From: a virus
Lineage: Duplodnaviria; Caudoviricetes
Length of the DNA: 64,000 nt
Virus record (IMG/VR): IMGVR_UViG_3300021387_000484
Coordinates: 1 to 64,000 of that record
Strand: one strand, 5' to 3'
Below are positions 9,947 through 19,825 of the stretch, piece after piece. How positions within the stretch are numbered: position 1 is the first letter of the stretch; every line of letters starts with the position of its first letter. The notes beneath the pieces are model-generated. The model made no database searches, was not told the DNA's origin, and was given only the letters and a program-made list of their open reading frames with translations. The translations under genes and the position numbers were made by a program.

Positions 9947-12900
9947 TTATACGCCGCCCACAGGGCTGAACCTGCGGCTTATCCTGTCGTTGCCTGCATT
10001 GGCATGCCGCGCTACTTCCTCGTCGCCCATAACGAAGGTGATGTTCATGTAGTCACGGAACAGCCGCTCCATGATTTCCTGAATATCGCCCCGTGTAAGC
10101 TTCGAGTAGTTCATCATGGTCAGCATGTCCAGTATCTGTGTCATTGTGTCCGCTTCCCCGCCAAGGCCATCCACGTTCGAAGCGAAAGGGGCCAGAGTGC
10201 CTGCGGCGGCGGCAGGGATGTAGAAAGAAGACCCCGCCGCGATTTGTTCCATGCGGTCTATGAGCTCCGAAAAGCTTCCAGCGACCTTGTCAGAGAAGGT
10301 TGATAATACGTTGTCCAGTCCGTTTATGGCAGGCTCCATAGTGACGGCGGGCTTTATGCCGTTTGCCCCGTCAAGGACAGCCTGCGCAAGGTCTTCGGCT
10401 GTATCCACGGCCATCTGCTGTGAGTCGTCGATACCGCCCGCAAGACCACGGGTAATCATTTCACCGACCCAAGCGAACTCTTTCGAAGGGGAAGCGATGC
10501 CCAAAGCCGCTTTTGCCGCATCAAGGAGATTTCTCGCCACATCGGTCACGGTCGTATATATCCAGTCCCAGCCCGCATACAGGCCGTTCTGGATGCCTTG
10601 GAGCATGTATGTGCCGATACTGCCCCAGTCGATAGCCTTGAGCGCAGATAAAAGAGAATCACCTAAGCTATTGACAGCAGACAAAAGTCCCTGCTTTGCG
10701 TACTCGTTCGTGAGTCCGCCTGCTATCGTGCTTAGTATGGTAGAGCCTACCAGCGCCCAGTCCACATGAGAGAAAGCTTCTGATATTGAGGAAACAAACT
10801 CTTTGACTGTGCTGACTACCGCTTCAACGCCGGTCTTTATGCCACTTGCTATTCCGCCTATGACCTTTGTTCCCAAGCCGGTCCAGTCAAATACTTTAAA
10901 GACTTCTATTGCCGAGTTCAGGATGAGCTTCCACATCTCGACCCATGCGGACGCCAGCGACTTTATGCCGTTGACCATGCCCGTGATGGTGAAGCTTCCC
11001 AGCTCATCCCATTTCACTTCTTTGAATACATTCACTATGTCTGTTATCAGGTTCTTGATGATGTCGAGTACGGCATTTACGCCGTTCTTTACGCCGTTTG
11101 TGAACCCGGATATCAGGAATGTGCCAAGGGCGTTCCAGTCGATACCTTTAAAGGTCGCAAGAATCGTTGTCGCTATCCCCTTCACGACCGTGACAATGGC
11201 ATTTACGCCTTTGCTGATGCCGTTCTTCAGGGACTCGACAGCCACTGTGCCGAACTTCAGCATGGTACTGGCCGTGCCGCCAGCTATGCCAAGCCCGCTT
11301 TGTATGGGTGTGATAACAGCCTTGACGACGCCAACGCCCGTGTTCATCAAGGCGTTTGCGGCTCCGTCCATACCGGCTTTAAGTCCGCTCACGACCTCAT
11401 TGCCGTATTCCTTCGTGACTGTAGAGTCACCGTTTCCGTTTGTGCCAAGCCCCTCTTTGATAGGGTTGATAATCTTGTCTGTGACGTTGCCCTTCACCCA
11501 AGAGAAGGCGTTTGACAAGGCATTGGTCATGCCGTTCTTCATGCCCTCGATGGCACCTGCGCCTGTTCCCTCAAGTGCCGGGTCGCCCTGTCCTATTCCG
11601 AACAGCGCTTTGATACCGCCTATGATAGGACCGCCTACATTTTGGGCAAGCCAGCCCGGGATGCCCGTTATCCATCCGATAATACCTTCGCCAAAACCTG
11701 CAAGAAGTTCAAAGCCAAGTGGCACCATTGTTGTGGCGGGAGAAGCGATTCCAAAAATGCCTTTTATTCCGTTAAATATCGGCGTGAAGACATGTTCATT
11801 CAGCCACGCTCCGATACCGCTTATCCACGATATGATGCCGCTTCCGATGCCCTCCATGATGTCAGTGCCAAGGGTGTCAAGTCCTGCCGTATCCCCCGTG
11901 AAAATTGACCGGAACGCATTCTCAAACGGCTGTAGCATGTGTTCGTATATCCATGCCTCCACACCGAAAAACCAGTCGATGACACCCTGAAAGCCGCCGT
12001 CAACCACGTCATATATCACCGCATATGCAGTTTCACCTATTCCTGCAAGGGCGCTCCATAGGAAAGATGCGGCGGCGCCAAGGACAAGCCCTATTAGGTT
12101 GGAAGCCTGTTCCGCTATCTCTTCCCAGTTGAAGCTTCCAAAAAATTCTTTTATTTTTTCGACTATCTGTCCCGGAAGTGCTCCCCAGTCCACTTCCTGA
12201 AGGATGCCTGTCAGAAACTCATAGAGCCCTTCCCAGATGTTGGTCAGTTCTTCAGACCATTTGGCGACATCAAGTTCACCGAAATACCCCTTTACTGCGT
12301 CTACAACCGCTACGCCTAAGGCTTTCCAGTCCGTGCCCTCCATAAAACCGCTTATGGTGTCACGGAATCCATTCACCCATGCGGCAAAGGCGGCGCCGAA
12401 CTCCTCCCAGTTCACATTTCCTACAGCGTCGGAAAGCGACTTCCCTATTTGATGGGCAAAACTGTAGAAATCAAATGTCGTCAGGAAGTTGTACACAAGG
12501 TCAAGGACCATGTTGAAAGCGCCAGACAAGGTGTCAGCTAACAGGCCCCACGGGAAGTTGTTTATCCCGTCATTGAGCCCGTTTCCTATGGCCTGCGCTA
12601 TCTCACCCCAATTAGGTGTAGTGACAAAGTTGTGGATGAGAAGCACAATCGCCCCAAGTGCATGAGACAGTGCGTTGAACACCCCCTGCCACACGGCGGG
12701 GTCTCCTATTGAGGTTTCTAGGGTCGTCGCTATGCCAGTGCCGAATGTCCCCAGCGTAGCCAAAATGGTCGGCCAGTCAATGTTGTCGATAAATCCAAGT
12801 ATACCGTCCTTTATCTTCTGCCCGACAACGTCCCACTGTATGTTGGATACCACTCCGTATATCAGGTCGAATATCCCGTTAATGCCTTCCGCAAGCGCCG

Positions 12901-15421
12901 CTCCTCCAAGCGCCCAGTCAGTATTTATCAGGGCGTCCATGAAAGACTGCCCGATGCGTTCACCCAGACCGTAGAAGTCAAAGGTGGTCACGAGATTGTA
13001 GACAAACTCAAACAGAGAATTTAGAGCCTCAGCTATTGTCGCGGACAAAAGCTCCCACGGGAATTCCTCCACGCCCTTGTTGAGCCCTATGCCTATATTC
13101 CTTGCGATGGACGCCCAGTCAGGCACGGAAATAAGGTTGTAGAAGAACAACAGCAGTGCCCGGACGGCATTGGATATGGTCGTGAATATCGCTTCCCATA
13201 TCTCTGGATTGTCGAACGCGTGCTCCAGCGCAGTGCCGATGCCAGCGCCAAGCTTCGCGAATGTATCGAATATGAGGGGCCAGTCTATGTTGTTCAAAAG
13301 CCCCAGTATGAAGTCCTTTATCGCCTTGCCAAGGCTGTCCCAGTGCAGGTTGTTGACAAAGGCGTTCAGGAGCTCAAATATCGTGTTAATGGCTTCCGCA
13401 AGGGTCTTGCCAAGCGTATAAAAGAGCCCGGGCACTTCCATAAACCCATTCAGAAGTGTCGCAAGGCTCTTGCCAAGCTTTCTTGCCAGTTCTTTTATCT
13501 TGTCCCACGGTATGCTGTCCAGAAGGTGCTTTAAGCCCTCACCCAGCATCCTGCCAAGCTCCGTGAAATCCGCAAGCTCCCACATCTCCTTGAGCTTGTC
13601 GGCAAGTTCACTGAAGCCCGGGTCTATCGGAACGTCCACAAGCCCGTACTTCGGCTTTTCCTCTTCCTTGTCAATGATATGCAGTTCATCGAAGCTCTGA
13701 AGGGACTTCTTCTCTTCCCTTGCCTTCTTCGCGGCGCTTGTGTAGGCACTTGCCGCACCGGTCGTTGCCTCTGCCAGCGCTTCCTGATTGGCTATGGCCT
13801 GCTTGTAGGTGGTCTGCCCGGTCATGGCGGCCACGAACTGTCCGATGGCAGACACGGCCTGCGACAGGACATTGATAATCTTCTGTATCGCGGGGACGGC
13901 TATCTCAACGATGGGGAGAAATGCCGCCGCGAAGTTCACCTTCAGCTGTTCTATGGACTTGTCCAGTCCGTCCACCGTATCTGCAAGGCCTACGTCTACC
14001 TTCAGCAGTTCGTTGAAACCCTGCTGTACTGAACTCTTGAGCTTTTGGAAGACCTGCGCAAGGCTCTTAACACCGATGGTGTAAGCTAAAAACCTTCCGA
14101 ATGTCATCTGAGCAGTCCTGCCAAAGGACTTTGTGGTCCTGCCCATGCCAAGGAGCCCATTTGTCAGCTTCTTAAACCCGGTTACGACCTTGTTTGTCAC
14201 CATGCGCCCAAGGTTGGTTGCGGCAGAAGCGGCATGGGAACCGATGCTCTTTAAAACCTTTACCGTTGAGTTTAAAGCCATCTTGTGAAGGTTTTTAGTG
14301 GCGTTCAAGGCGCCGCCCGCAAGGGATTTTAATCCACTTACCACCTTCGGAATTCCCATCTTCAGGAGATTTGCGCCTGCGTCAACAGCGCTCTTTCCAA
14401 GGCTTTTTACTGCGTTGACTGCACCTACCGCTCCTATTGCGGGTATCATGGCAAGTTTATCTGCCGCGCTTGCGGCACTAAGCCCGAACCTGTCAAGTGA
14501 GCCTATCGGGTCCTCCATACCCTTCTTTATGGTAAAGCTGAGTTTTGTACCTGCCCCTGCAAGCCCCTCAAACGCTTTTTGAGCAGTGCCAGTTATGGAA
14601 TTCTTTATCCCCTTGACAACAGACGATATCTTATCGGACGCTCCTTTTACGGCACTTGATACTGTTCCAGACAGGGTAGGCATCTTCTTCCAGTTCTCTT
14701 CCAACTGGTTCCACGCCTCTGAGTGGGAAAGCTTTTCCAGATGCTCTTTATACATGTCGAGTTCTTCCCGCATGTCCTTGTATAAATCTGTTTGCTTCCC
14801 ACTGAACATCCCGTCATTGGTCACAAATTGTGTACTGCCTAATTCCTTCAGCTTTCTTTTAAGCTCATCGACTATACCTGCCGTCTGCTTCAGGGTCAGG
14901 TCAGCGCCAATCTTCGCTATCGTTTCGTCAAAGCTTTTGGCGAAGAAATCAAGGTCTTCCTGATTGCCTATATTGGTCTTATAGGCTTCGTCAACCTCGT
15001 CCATCGAGTCAATCAGTTCCTGAAGTGACTCCTGCATCACCTTGTATGCTTCAGTCTGTTCTCCTATGACGACCGTCCCATCCTCCATCTCATAAGTCCT
15101 TTTGGAGAATTCCTCGACCATCTTAGTGATGTCCCCTAAGATAGACTGCGCCTGTACGAAGGTATCTGCCATGTCAATGGAATTAAACGTGTCGCTTATT
15201 TCCCTGACGTTATCCTCAAATTCCTCTGCCGACCTTGCGGCATTGCCCATGTCGTCATCGAATTTTTGGAAGTCGAACGCGCTGTTCATGACGCCAGAAA
15301 AAGACACAAGCCTTGAGCGCAGTGACTGGAGCGCCTTCTGGAGTTCGTTTGCCCCTGTGCGGAACTCGTTATTATCAAGCTCTGACTTGAAGTTGAGCGA
15401 CATAGGGTTTACGCCAGCCAT
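9947..15421 (-). CDS. Tail tape measure protein (1824 aa)
   Basis: Very long Ala/Gly-rich helical protein with periodic (I/V)DW/PW repeats, located after the tail chaperones. Confidence 0.92.
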   Translation of the reverse strand: MAGVNPMSLNFKSELDNNEFRTGANELQKALQSLRSRLVSFSGVMNSAFDFQKFDDDMGNAARSAEEFEDNVREISDTFNSIDMADTFVQAQSILGDITKMVEEFSKRTYEMEDGTVVIGEQTEAYKVMQESLQELIDSMDEVDEAYKTNIGNQEDLDFFAKSFDETIAKIGADLTLKQTAGIVDELKRKLKELGSTQFVTNDGMFSGKQTDLYKDMREELDMYKEHLEKLSHSEAWNQLEENWKKMPTLSGTVSSAVKGASDKISSVVKGIKNSITGTAQKAFEGLAGAGTKLSFTIKKGMEDPIGSLDRFGLSAASAADKLAMIPAIGAVGAVNAVKSLGKSAVDAGANLLKMGIPKVVSGLKSLAGGALNATKNLHKMALNSTVKVLKSIGSHAASAATNLGRMVTNKVVTGFKKLTNGLLGMGRTTKSFGRTAQMTFGRFLAYTIGVKSLAQVFQKLKSSVQQGFNELLKVDVGLADTVDGLDKSIEQLKVNFAAAFLPIVEIAVPAIQKIINVLSQAVSAIGQFVAAMTGQTTYKQAIANQEALAEATTGAASAYTSAAKKAREEKKSLQSFDELHIIDKEEEKPKYGLVDVPIDPGFSELADKLKEMWELADFTELGRMLGEGLKHLLDSIPWDKIKELARKLGKSLATLLNGFMEVPGLFYTLGKTLAEAINTIFELLNAFVNNLHWDSLGKAIKDFILGLLNNIDWPLIFDTFAKLGAGIGTALEHAFDNPEIWEAIFTTISNAVRALLLFFYNLISVPDWASIARNIGIGLNKGVEEFPWELLSATIAEALNSLFEFVYNLVTTFDFYGLGERIGQSFMDALINTDWALGGAALAEGINGIFDLIYGVVSNIQWDVVGQKIKDGILGFIDNIDWPTILATLGTFGTGIATTLETSIGDPAVWQGVFNALSHALGAIVLLIHNFVTTPNWGEIAQAIGNGLNDGINNFPWGLLADTLSGAFNMVLDLVYNFLTTFDFYSFAHQIGKSLSDAVGNVNWEEFGAAFAAWVNGFRDTISGFMEGTDWKALGVAVVDAVKGYFGELDVAKWSEELTNIWEGLYEFLTGILQEVDWGALPGQIVEKIKEFFGSFNWEEIAEQASNLIGLVLGAAASFLWSALAGIGETAYAVIYDVVDGGFQGVIDWFFGVEAWIYEHMLQPFENAFRSIFTGDTAGLDTLGTDIMEGIGSGIISWISGIGAWLNEHVFTPIFNGIKGIFGIASPATTMVPLGFELLAGFGEGIIGWITGIPGWLAQNVGGPIIGGIKALFGIGQGDPALEGTGAGAIEGMKNGMTNALSNAFSWVKGNVTDKIINPIKEGLGTNGNGDSTVTKEYGNEVVSGLKAGMDGAANALMNTGVGVVKAVITPIQSGLGIAGGTASTMLKFGTVAVESLKNGISKGVNAIVTVVKGIATTILATFKGIDWNALGTFLISGFTNGVKNGVNAVLDIIKNLITDIVNVFKEVKWDELGSFTITGMVNGIKSLASAWVEMWKLILNSAIEVFKVFDWTGLGTKVIGGIASGIKTGVEAVVSTVKEFVSSISEAFSHVDWALVGSTILSTIAGGLTNEYAKQGLLSAVNSLGDSLLSALKAIDWGSIGTYMLQGIQNGLYAGWDWIYTTVTDVARNLLDAAKAALGIASPSKEFAWVGEMITRGLAGGIDDSQQMAVDTAEDLAQAVLDGANGIKPAVTMEPAINGLDNVLSTFSDKVAGSFSELIDRMEQIAAGSSFYIPAAAAGTLAPFASNVDGLGGEADTMTQILDMLTMMNYSKLTRGDIQEIMERLFRDYMNITFVMGDEEVARHANAGNDRISRRFSPVGGV

Positions 15422-15439
15422 GCTCCATCACCTCGCTTT

Positions 15440-16006
15440 TCAGTCGCCCAGAAGCTTGTTCAGGAAGTCCATATCTTCCTTCTCCTGTTTGCTGAGCCTC
15501 TTCTTAATCACACAGATGTCTCTGTTGTTGTCCCAGTATTCCCGTTCCCACTTCTCCAGCTTCTTGTGTCTTGCCCGCTTTTGCCGAAGCTGAAGCACCT
15601 GTGAGTATGTCCCTTCTTTCATTTCCATGAAATAACCCATAAATGTCCACCAGTGCAGATAGTCAAGGGACCGAACCTCCCTGCCAGCGACTGCATTTAT
15701 GGCGGGAAAGAGTATCCGTTCATCCTGTGTCCAGTCGACAAGCCTCGGGCTTTTGTCCTTGTCTTTTTTTGAGTCTGCCCCACAGTCTATGAACCATGCC
15801 GCCCGCTCATAGGCTTCTTCAAGGTCGTCCCGGGGGATGTCCTCAAGGTCCGGGTATATGACAAGTAGCATCACGAAAGCCTTCTCGCCGTCCTCAAGGT
15901 CCGGGTCCTCGAAAGCTTCCATGATGTTTAATATGTCCCGGAAATCCGTGCGTATCGGATAGTCCTTCCCGTTCACTTCCAAGGATTCGGGGAGGCGTCC
16001 TATCAT
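15440..16006 (-). CDS. Gp15-family tail assembly chaperone
   Basis: LPESLEVNGKDYPIRTDFRDIL..YLHWWTF motifs; lies before the TMP. Confidence 0.8.
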   Translation of the reverse strand: MIGRLPESLEVNGKDYPIRTDFRDILNIMEAFEDPDLEDGEKAFVMLLVIYPDLEDIPRDDLEEAYERAAWFIDCGADSKKDKDKSPRLVDWTQDERILFPAINAVAGREVRSLDYLHWWTFMGYFMEMKEGTYSQVLQLRQKRARHKKLEKWEREYWDNNRDICVIKKRLSKQEKEDMDFLNKLLGD

Positions 16007-16518
16007 TTCTTACGCTTCCTGTTTGCGGGCACGTACCTCTCTGTGTACTTGCTGAGCCTTGCGTTCACCTTCTTCGTCTCCTCGCCGTACTGCGCCTTCA
16101 GGAATTCGCCAAGGCTCTCAAAGACTCCCTCGCAGTAGAACCTTCCGTCCACCATGGAGAATGGATGCATCCTGCTAAACAGGCTGTTGCCGGTCTCCAC
16201 GTTGAAAATGTAGTCACACAGCTTAAACAGCCTGTCCCTCGCCTCGTTGAAAGCCGCCATGGAAGCGTCGTCCGCTTCGTCCTCCGCGCCCTCTCCCTCG
16301 CTTTGGGCACTGCCTTTTTCCGCCATCTCTGTGATGGGCGCCATGACCTCGTCGAACTTGTCCAGTGACTCGTTGAAGCGGTTCACGATGTCAACGTCAG
16401 TCGGCTGGAAGGCGAACTCGCCTATCTTGTCGCCGTACTTGTTTAACATCGGCACGTGTACAAAACCGTCGTCGACCACTATCTGGAGAACAGGGGCGTT
16501 ATTTTTTTCCGTAGACAT
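16003..16518 (-). CDS. Tail assembly chaperone
   Basis: Between tail tube and Gp15; RBS GGAAGGA before MSTEK (track start 16554). Confidence 0.7.
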   Translation of the reverse strand: MSTEKNNAPVLQIVVDDGFVHVPMLNKYGDKIGEFAFQPTDVDIVNRFNESLDKFDEVMAPITEMAEKGSAQSEGEGAEDEADDASMAAFNEARDRLFKLCDYIFNVETGNSLFSRMHPFSMVDGRFYCEGVFESLGEFLKAQYGEETKKVNARLSKYTERYVPANRKRKK

Positions 16519-16536
16519 ATCCTTCCTTTCCATGTG

Positions 16537-16568
16537 CAAAAAAAGGGAATCCACTAAGGATTCCCCTG
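16537..16568 (-). terminator. Rho-independent terminator after the major tail gene
   Basis: gggaatcc-ttagt-ggattccc followed by a T run on the minus strand. Confidence 0.75.
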
Positions 16569-16591
16569 CCGCTTTTTACTACTGTATGTGA

Positions 16592-17092
16592 TTACGGGTT
16601 CGGGTTCGCAGGGTTTGTGCCAGACTCCGTAAACCGCCTCGTGTTGATGCTGAAGGTCCCAGAGACCCTGTTGCCGGTATTGAAGACCGTAAAGGGTATC
16701 TGTACGCCAGATGTATCGCCGCCAAGGCTCTGAGGCACGACATAGCAGTCCTCCCTGTATGCCCATTCGACCGTCCCGGATGCATCCATGAGGAGCTCCA
16801 CCCTCGTAGTCTCGCAGGCTTCGCCCGTGAGGCGGTTGTTCGCGATGTTCTGGAGCTGGTCCCAAAGCGGGTCACCGGACTCCGCATAGAAGGGGTTGAC
16901 CTCAGACTGGACCTCATATCCGTTGTGAATCACGTTCTGCTCGCCAAGGATGTTCTTGTTGACCTCGACCTGCGGGTTCAGCTCTTCCGCGTAGGACTCA
17001 AGGTCTTTACCAAGGCGGACATAGTTGGTCGTCCCAGAATTGAAGGACGCGTCAATATAATGTGCAAGGTACTTGCGTTCAATCTTGCTCAT
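16592..17092 (-). CDS. Major tail tube protein
   Basis: KIERKYLAHYID..RLGKDLE..ELNP..KNILGE..GGDTSGVQIPF; synteny. Confidence 0.8.
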   Translation of the reverse strand: MSKIERKYLAHYIDASFNSGTTNYVRLGKDLESYAEELNPQVEVNKNILGEQNVIHNGYEVQSEVNPFYAESGDPLWDQLQNIANNRLTGEACETTRVELLMDASGTVEWAYREDCYVVPQSLGGDTSGVQIPFTVFNTGNRVSGTFSINTRRFTESGTNPANPNP

Positions 17093-17093
17093 A

Positions 17094-17531
17094 TTAATTC
17101 CTCCTGTAACTTACCTGTATCTGTATCTGGTACTTCGCCATATTGCTCCCGCCCTGCATGGGGTATGGGGTCAGTGTCGGCAGGATGGATTTGACGGTCC
17201 CGCCTTCCCACTCGGGAAAGTTCCCGACGTTGTTCTGCTCAACAATCCAATCCATCATTTTCTGATAGAAGCCCAGATTTGCCAGATTTTGGGCAACGTC
17301 CGCCCCGTAAGGCTCCCTTGAAGCAATGATGAAGTTCTGATACTGAATGTCATCAAGGACCATCTCGCCCAGAATGTTCTCGTGGCTCCTCAGTGCGGAC
17401 GGGCTTGATAATATGCTGTACTCCGTGGGGTTCTCGCCAAGGTAGTCCGCCTGAAAGCGGTTGGTCTTCTTGACGGCGGGGCACTCCCTAAGCCACTCCC
17501 GGAGCTTTTCCGTGTTGTTCACTTCGGACAT
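17094..17531 (-). CDS. Tail completion/terminator protein
   Basis: Synteny before the tail tube gene; C-terminal AKYQIQIQVSY. Confidence 0.65.
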   Translation of the reverse strand: MSEVNNTEKLREWLRECPAVKKTNRFQADYLGENPTEYSILSSPSALRSHENILGEMVLDDIQYQNFIIASREPYGADVAQNLANLGFYQKMMDWIVEQNNVGNFPEWEGGTVKSILPTLTPYPMQGGSNMAKYQIQIQVSYRRN

Positions 17532-17532
17532 C

Positions 17533-17898
17533 TCAGTTCTCCTTCAAAGCCTTCATTGCCGCGTCATACACGTCCTTTTGGTGGTCCGCCATTGCCCTCT
17601 CGAACCAGAACGTGCCTGCAAGGGGGTTTATCTCCGTGGAGAAGACCTGTCTATCCTCGCCGTAGTACACCTCTCTTGCGTATGGGACGCCGTAGGTGAT
17701 AATGCCGCTCCCTATCTCGGAGTCGGTGTAGGGGCTCATTGCAAGCTTGCCCGTCCTGTAGGGGCAGTAGGGCACGCACCAGTCGATGACCGCTTTGTCT
17801 ATGGCCTTTTGGACCTTCTGCCCCGGCAGGAGCCCCATCCTGCCAAGGAGCGTCTCCTCGTCAAACTGGTCGAAGTCACATTTGATTGAAAAACCCAT
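17533..17898 (-). CDS. Neck protein (minor capsid 2/HK97 gp10-like)
   Basis: PYCPYRTGKL..PYAREVYYG..PLAGTFWFERA. Confidence 0.75.
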   Translation of the reverse strand: MGFSIKCDFDQFDEETLLGRMGLLPGQKVQKAIDKAVIDWCVPYCPYRTGKLAMSPYTDSEIGSGIITYGVPYAREVYYGEDRQVFSTEINPLAGTFWFERAMADHQKDVYDAAMKALKEN

Positions 17899-17901
17899 GG
17901 C

Positions 17902-18612
17902 TCACTCTCCTTCCAGTTTCCAGTGCCTTGCGTTTGGCGCGGTTCTAAAGTCTGACACGTTCATGACCTTCACTATCTCGCCGTACTTCTCCTGAAGCTT
18001 GGCGGGAATGGTCAGCTCTTCTTCAATGCCATGTACGATGATGTCGCCGGGCTTAAAGGTGAACGTCCCGTCCGCGCCCGTGTACTCTATGGGCTTTACA
18101 TATCCCTTCCCCGAAAAGTCGGCTTCCTCAGGGACGCGGATGACAAAGCGGCTCGCCGCCTTGACGCCTAGGTTGTCCTGCATGGTCACAGTGGGACCAA
18201 GCCATGACACGCCCTTTATGATGGTCGGGATATATACGTCGTAGCCCTTGTCGGGGTCAATGACCCCGTTGAACAGGGTGATGGTATCAATGGCGTCCTC
18301 AGGCAGTACGATGAACGAGTAGTTGTAGTGGGCAAGGGACGTGTGGTCGTAGAGCGTACAGGACGTGCACTCGTACCACCTGCCCCGGTAAAACACCCTG
18401 TCAGCCCTTGTCCCCGCCACTAGGTCAGCCTCCCTAAGGGGCACCATTCCGTGCCCCTGTACCTGCCTTACTATGCCTTTGGACTCTGCCCACGGCGTTC
18501 CGCCGCCGTTTTCCATCGCGTGGAGGTGCACGTTGATGGTCGTATCCTCATAGGTGCCGTCCGGTGCAAACCTCCGCATCGTGTAATCGCGATTAAAAAT
18601 GGTTATGTTCAT
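17902..18612 (-). CDS. Head-closure protein, apparently two tandem domains (DUF6751-like C-terminal half)
   Basis: Synteny; two halves begin ITIFN and ITLFN. Confidence 0.55.
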   Translation of the reverse strand: MNITIFNRDYTMRRFAPDGTYEDTTINVHLHAMENGGGTPWAESKGIVRQVQGHGMVPLREADLVAGTRADRVFYRGRWYECTSCTLYDHTSLAHYNYSFIVLPEDAIDTITLFNGVIDPDKGYDVYIPTIIKGVSWLGPTVTMQDNLGVKAASRFVIRVPEEADFSGKGYVKPIEYTGADGTFTFKPGDIIVHGIEEELTIPAKLQEKYGEIVKVMNVSDFRTAPNARHWKLEGE

Positions 18613-18626
18613 GTATCCACCTCCCG

Positions 18627-19025
18627 TCAGAAGGTGTCTTCCCCGCTTATGTGGATGGGTACTACCACAAGTTTCCTCAGGTTCAGGTACTGCATCCCAT
18701 AAGATGTGAGGCCGTATTCGGCGTCCTTTGCAACATTGGAACTTTGCGAAGCCCCGAAGCTGATGCTGGAGCCGCCCTCAGACACACTGCTGAAGGCGAA
18801 GCCGAAAGCATTGATGTTGCCAAGTTCGTCGCCAAGCGGGTTGGAGCCGCTTCCAGCCATCTTCATCTTGTGGCACACAAGGTAGGCAAGCGCCTGCTCG
18901 TAGAGTTTCCCGAACTGCTTTTTGCTCACCATCGGCTTTACGAGTTCGACCCACATTTCCAGTGTGGCGTCGTCGGTATCCGCAAACTCCGTCCCGATGA
19001 GCCTGATGATTTCAACAGCTGTCAT
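18627..19025 (-). CDS. Head-tail adaptor (DUF4054 family)
   Basis: [38 protein letters not shown]. Confidence 0.8.
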   Translation of the reverse strand: MTAVEIIRLIGTEFADTDDATLEMWVELVKPMVSKKQFGKLYEQALAYLVCHKMKMAGSGSNPLGDELGNINAFGFAFSSVSEGGSSISFGASQSSNVAKDAEYGLTSYGMQYLNLRKLVVVPIHISGEDTF

Positions 19026-19037
19026 GGCGTCCCTCTC

Positions 19038-19355
19038 TTACTCGGCTTTCTTGGATGCCCTGCGGGAGGTCTTCTTCTCCGCTACGGGCGCTTCCGTTGT
19101 ATCTTCTGCGGCGGGCTCCTCCACGACAGGCTCGGTGGCGGGCATGAAGGGGGTGACCACAGGCTCTGCGACGACCTCAATCTTTTCGGGCTGTGCCTTT
19201 TTCTCCATGGAGACGCTAAGGAAGCCCATGCCGATAAGGGTCGCAAGGGTACCGGCGCCTATCATCCCATCAGGGAACGCCTTCTCCTCGCCCGGCATGA
19301 GGATGTCCTTGCCGACATTGACGATTTTGTCTCCAGTGTTTTTAAGAAGCATCAA
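19038..19355 (-). CDS. Small capsid-adjacent hypothetical protein
   Basis: AAGGAGG RBS; low-complexity E/A/P/K tail. Confidence 0.6.
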   Translation of the reverse strand: MMLLKNTGDKIVNVGKDILMPGEEKAFPDGMIGAGTLATLIGMGFLSVSMEKKAQPEKIEVVAEPVVTPFMPATEPVVEEPAAEDTTEAPVAEKKTSRRASKKAE

Positions 19356-19417
19356 TATCCTCCTTACTGCATTTTTTTAGTTCTTCATTTTTCTTTTTTT
19401 CAAGTTGCTTTCAGACA

Positions 19418-19723
19418 TCAGCCATTGCTGTCTGCATCTGGTTCCATAAGACCTGCGGCTTTCAGCTTGGTGAGCAGTGCATTGAAATCCGTTACAAGCC
19501 CTTCCACATCGGTCGCCGTGCTCGCCGCCTGATTCGCGACCTGCGATGCACCAGCAGTGCTACCGCTTCCTTCAAGGTGGCTGGCGACCCTGTCAAGTGC
19601 GTGTCTGTAGCGGTCCTGCGGTCCAGTGTAGGGTTCTGCCTCTTCCCCGCATATGGCATTGGCTATCCTCTCGACAAGGTTGCTGATGCTGTCGCGGGTA
19701 TTGGCGTCTTTATATTCAGCCAT
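19418..19723 (-). CDS. Head fiber/decoration-like protein
   Basis: C-terminal QAASTATDVEGLVTDFNALLTKLKAAGLM, typical of phage head-fiber proteins. Confidence 0.7.
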   Translation of the reverse strand: MAEYKDANTRDSISNLVERIANAICGEEAEPYTGPQDRYRHALDRVASHLEGSGSTAGASQVANQAASTATDVEGLVTDFNALLTKLKAAGLMEPDADSNG

Positions 19724-19740
19724 TTTCTGCTCCTTTCTTT

Positions 19741-19786
19741 AAAAAGAGGCCATCCCCTGCTCTGGTGGCAGAGAACAGCCTCTTTG
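19741..19786 (-). terminator. Hairpin/terminator after the major capsid gene
   Basis: gaggct..ctctg-ccac-cagag..ggcctc followed by TTTTT on the minus strand. Confidence 0.5.
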
Positions 19787-19825
19787 ATAATCCTTATGTC
19801 TTTCCCCCTTTTCGGGGGTGTCGGG

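Noticed and set aside
10251-15593. Plus-strand ORFs up to 395 aa
   Set aside because: They are shadows of the tape measure gene.
15990-16030. Programmed frameshift between the tail chaperones
   Set aside because: No slippery heptamer was seen; the genes are coupled by an ATGA overlap.
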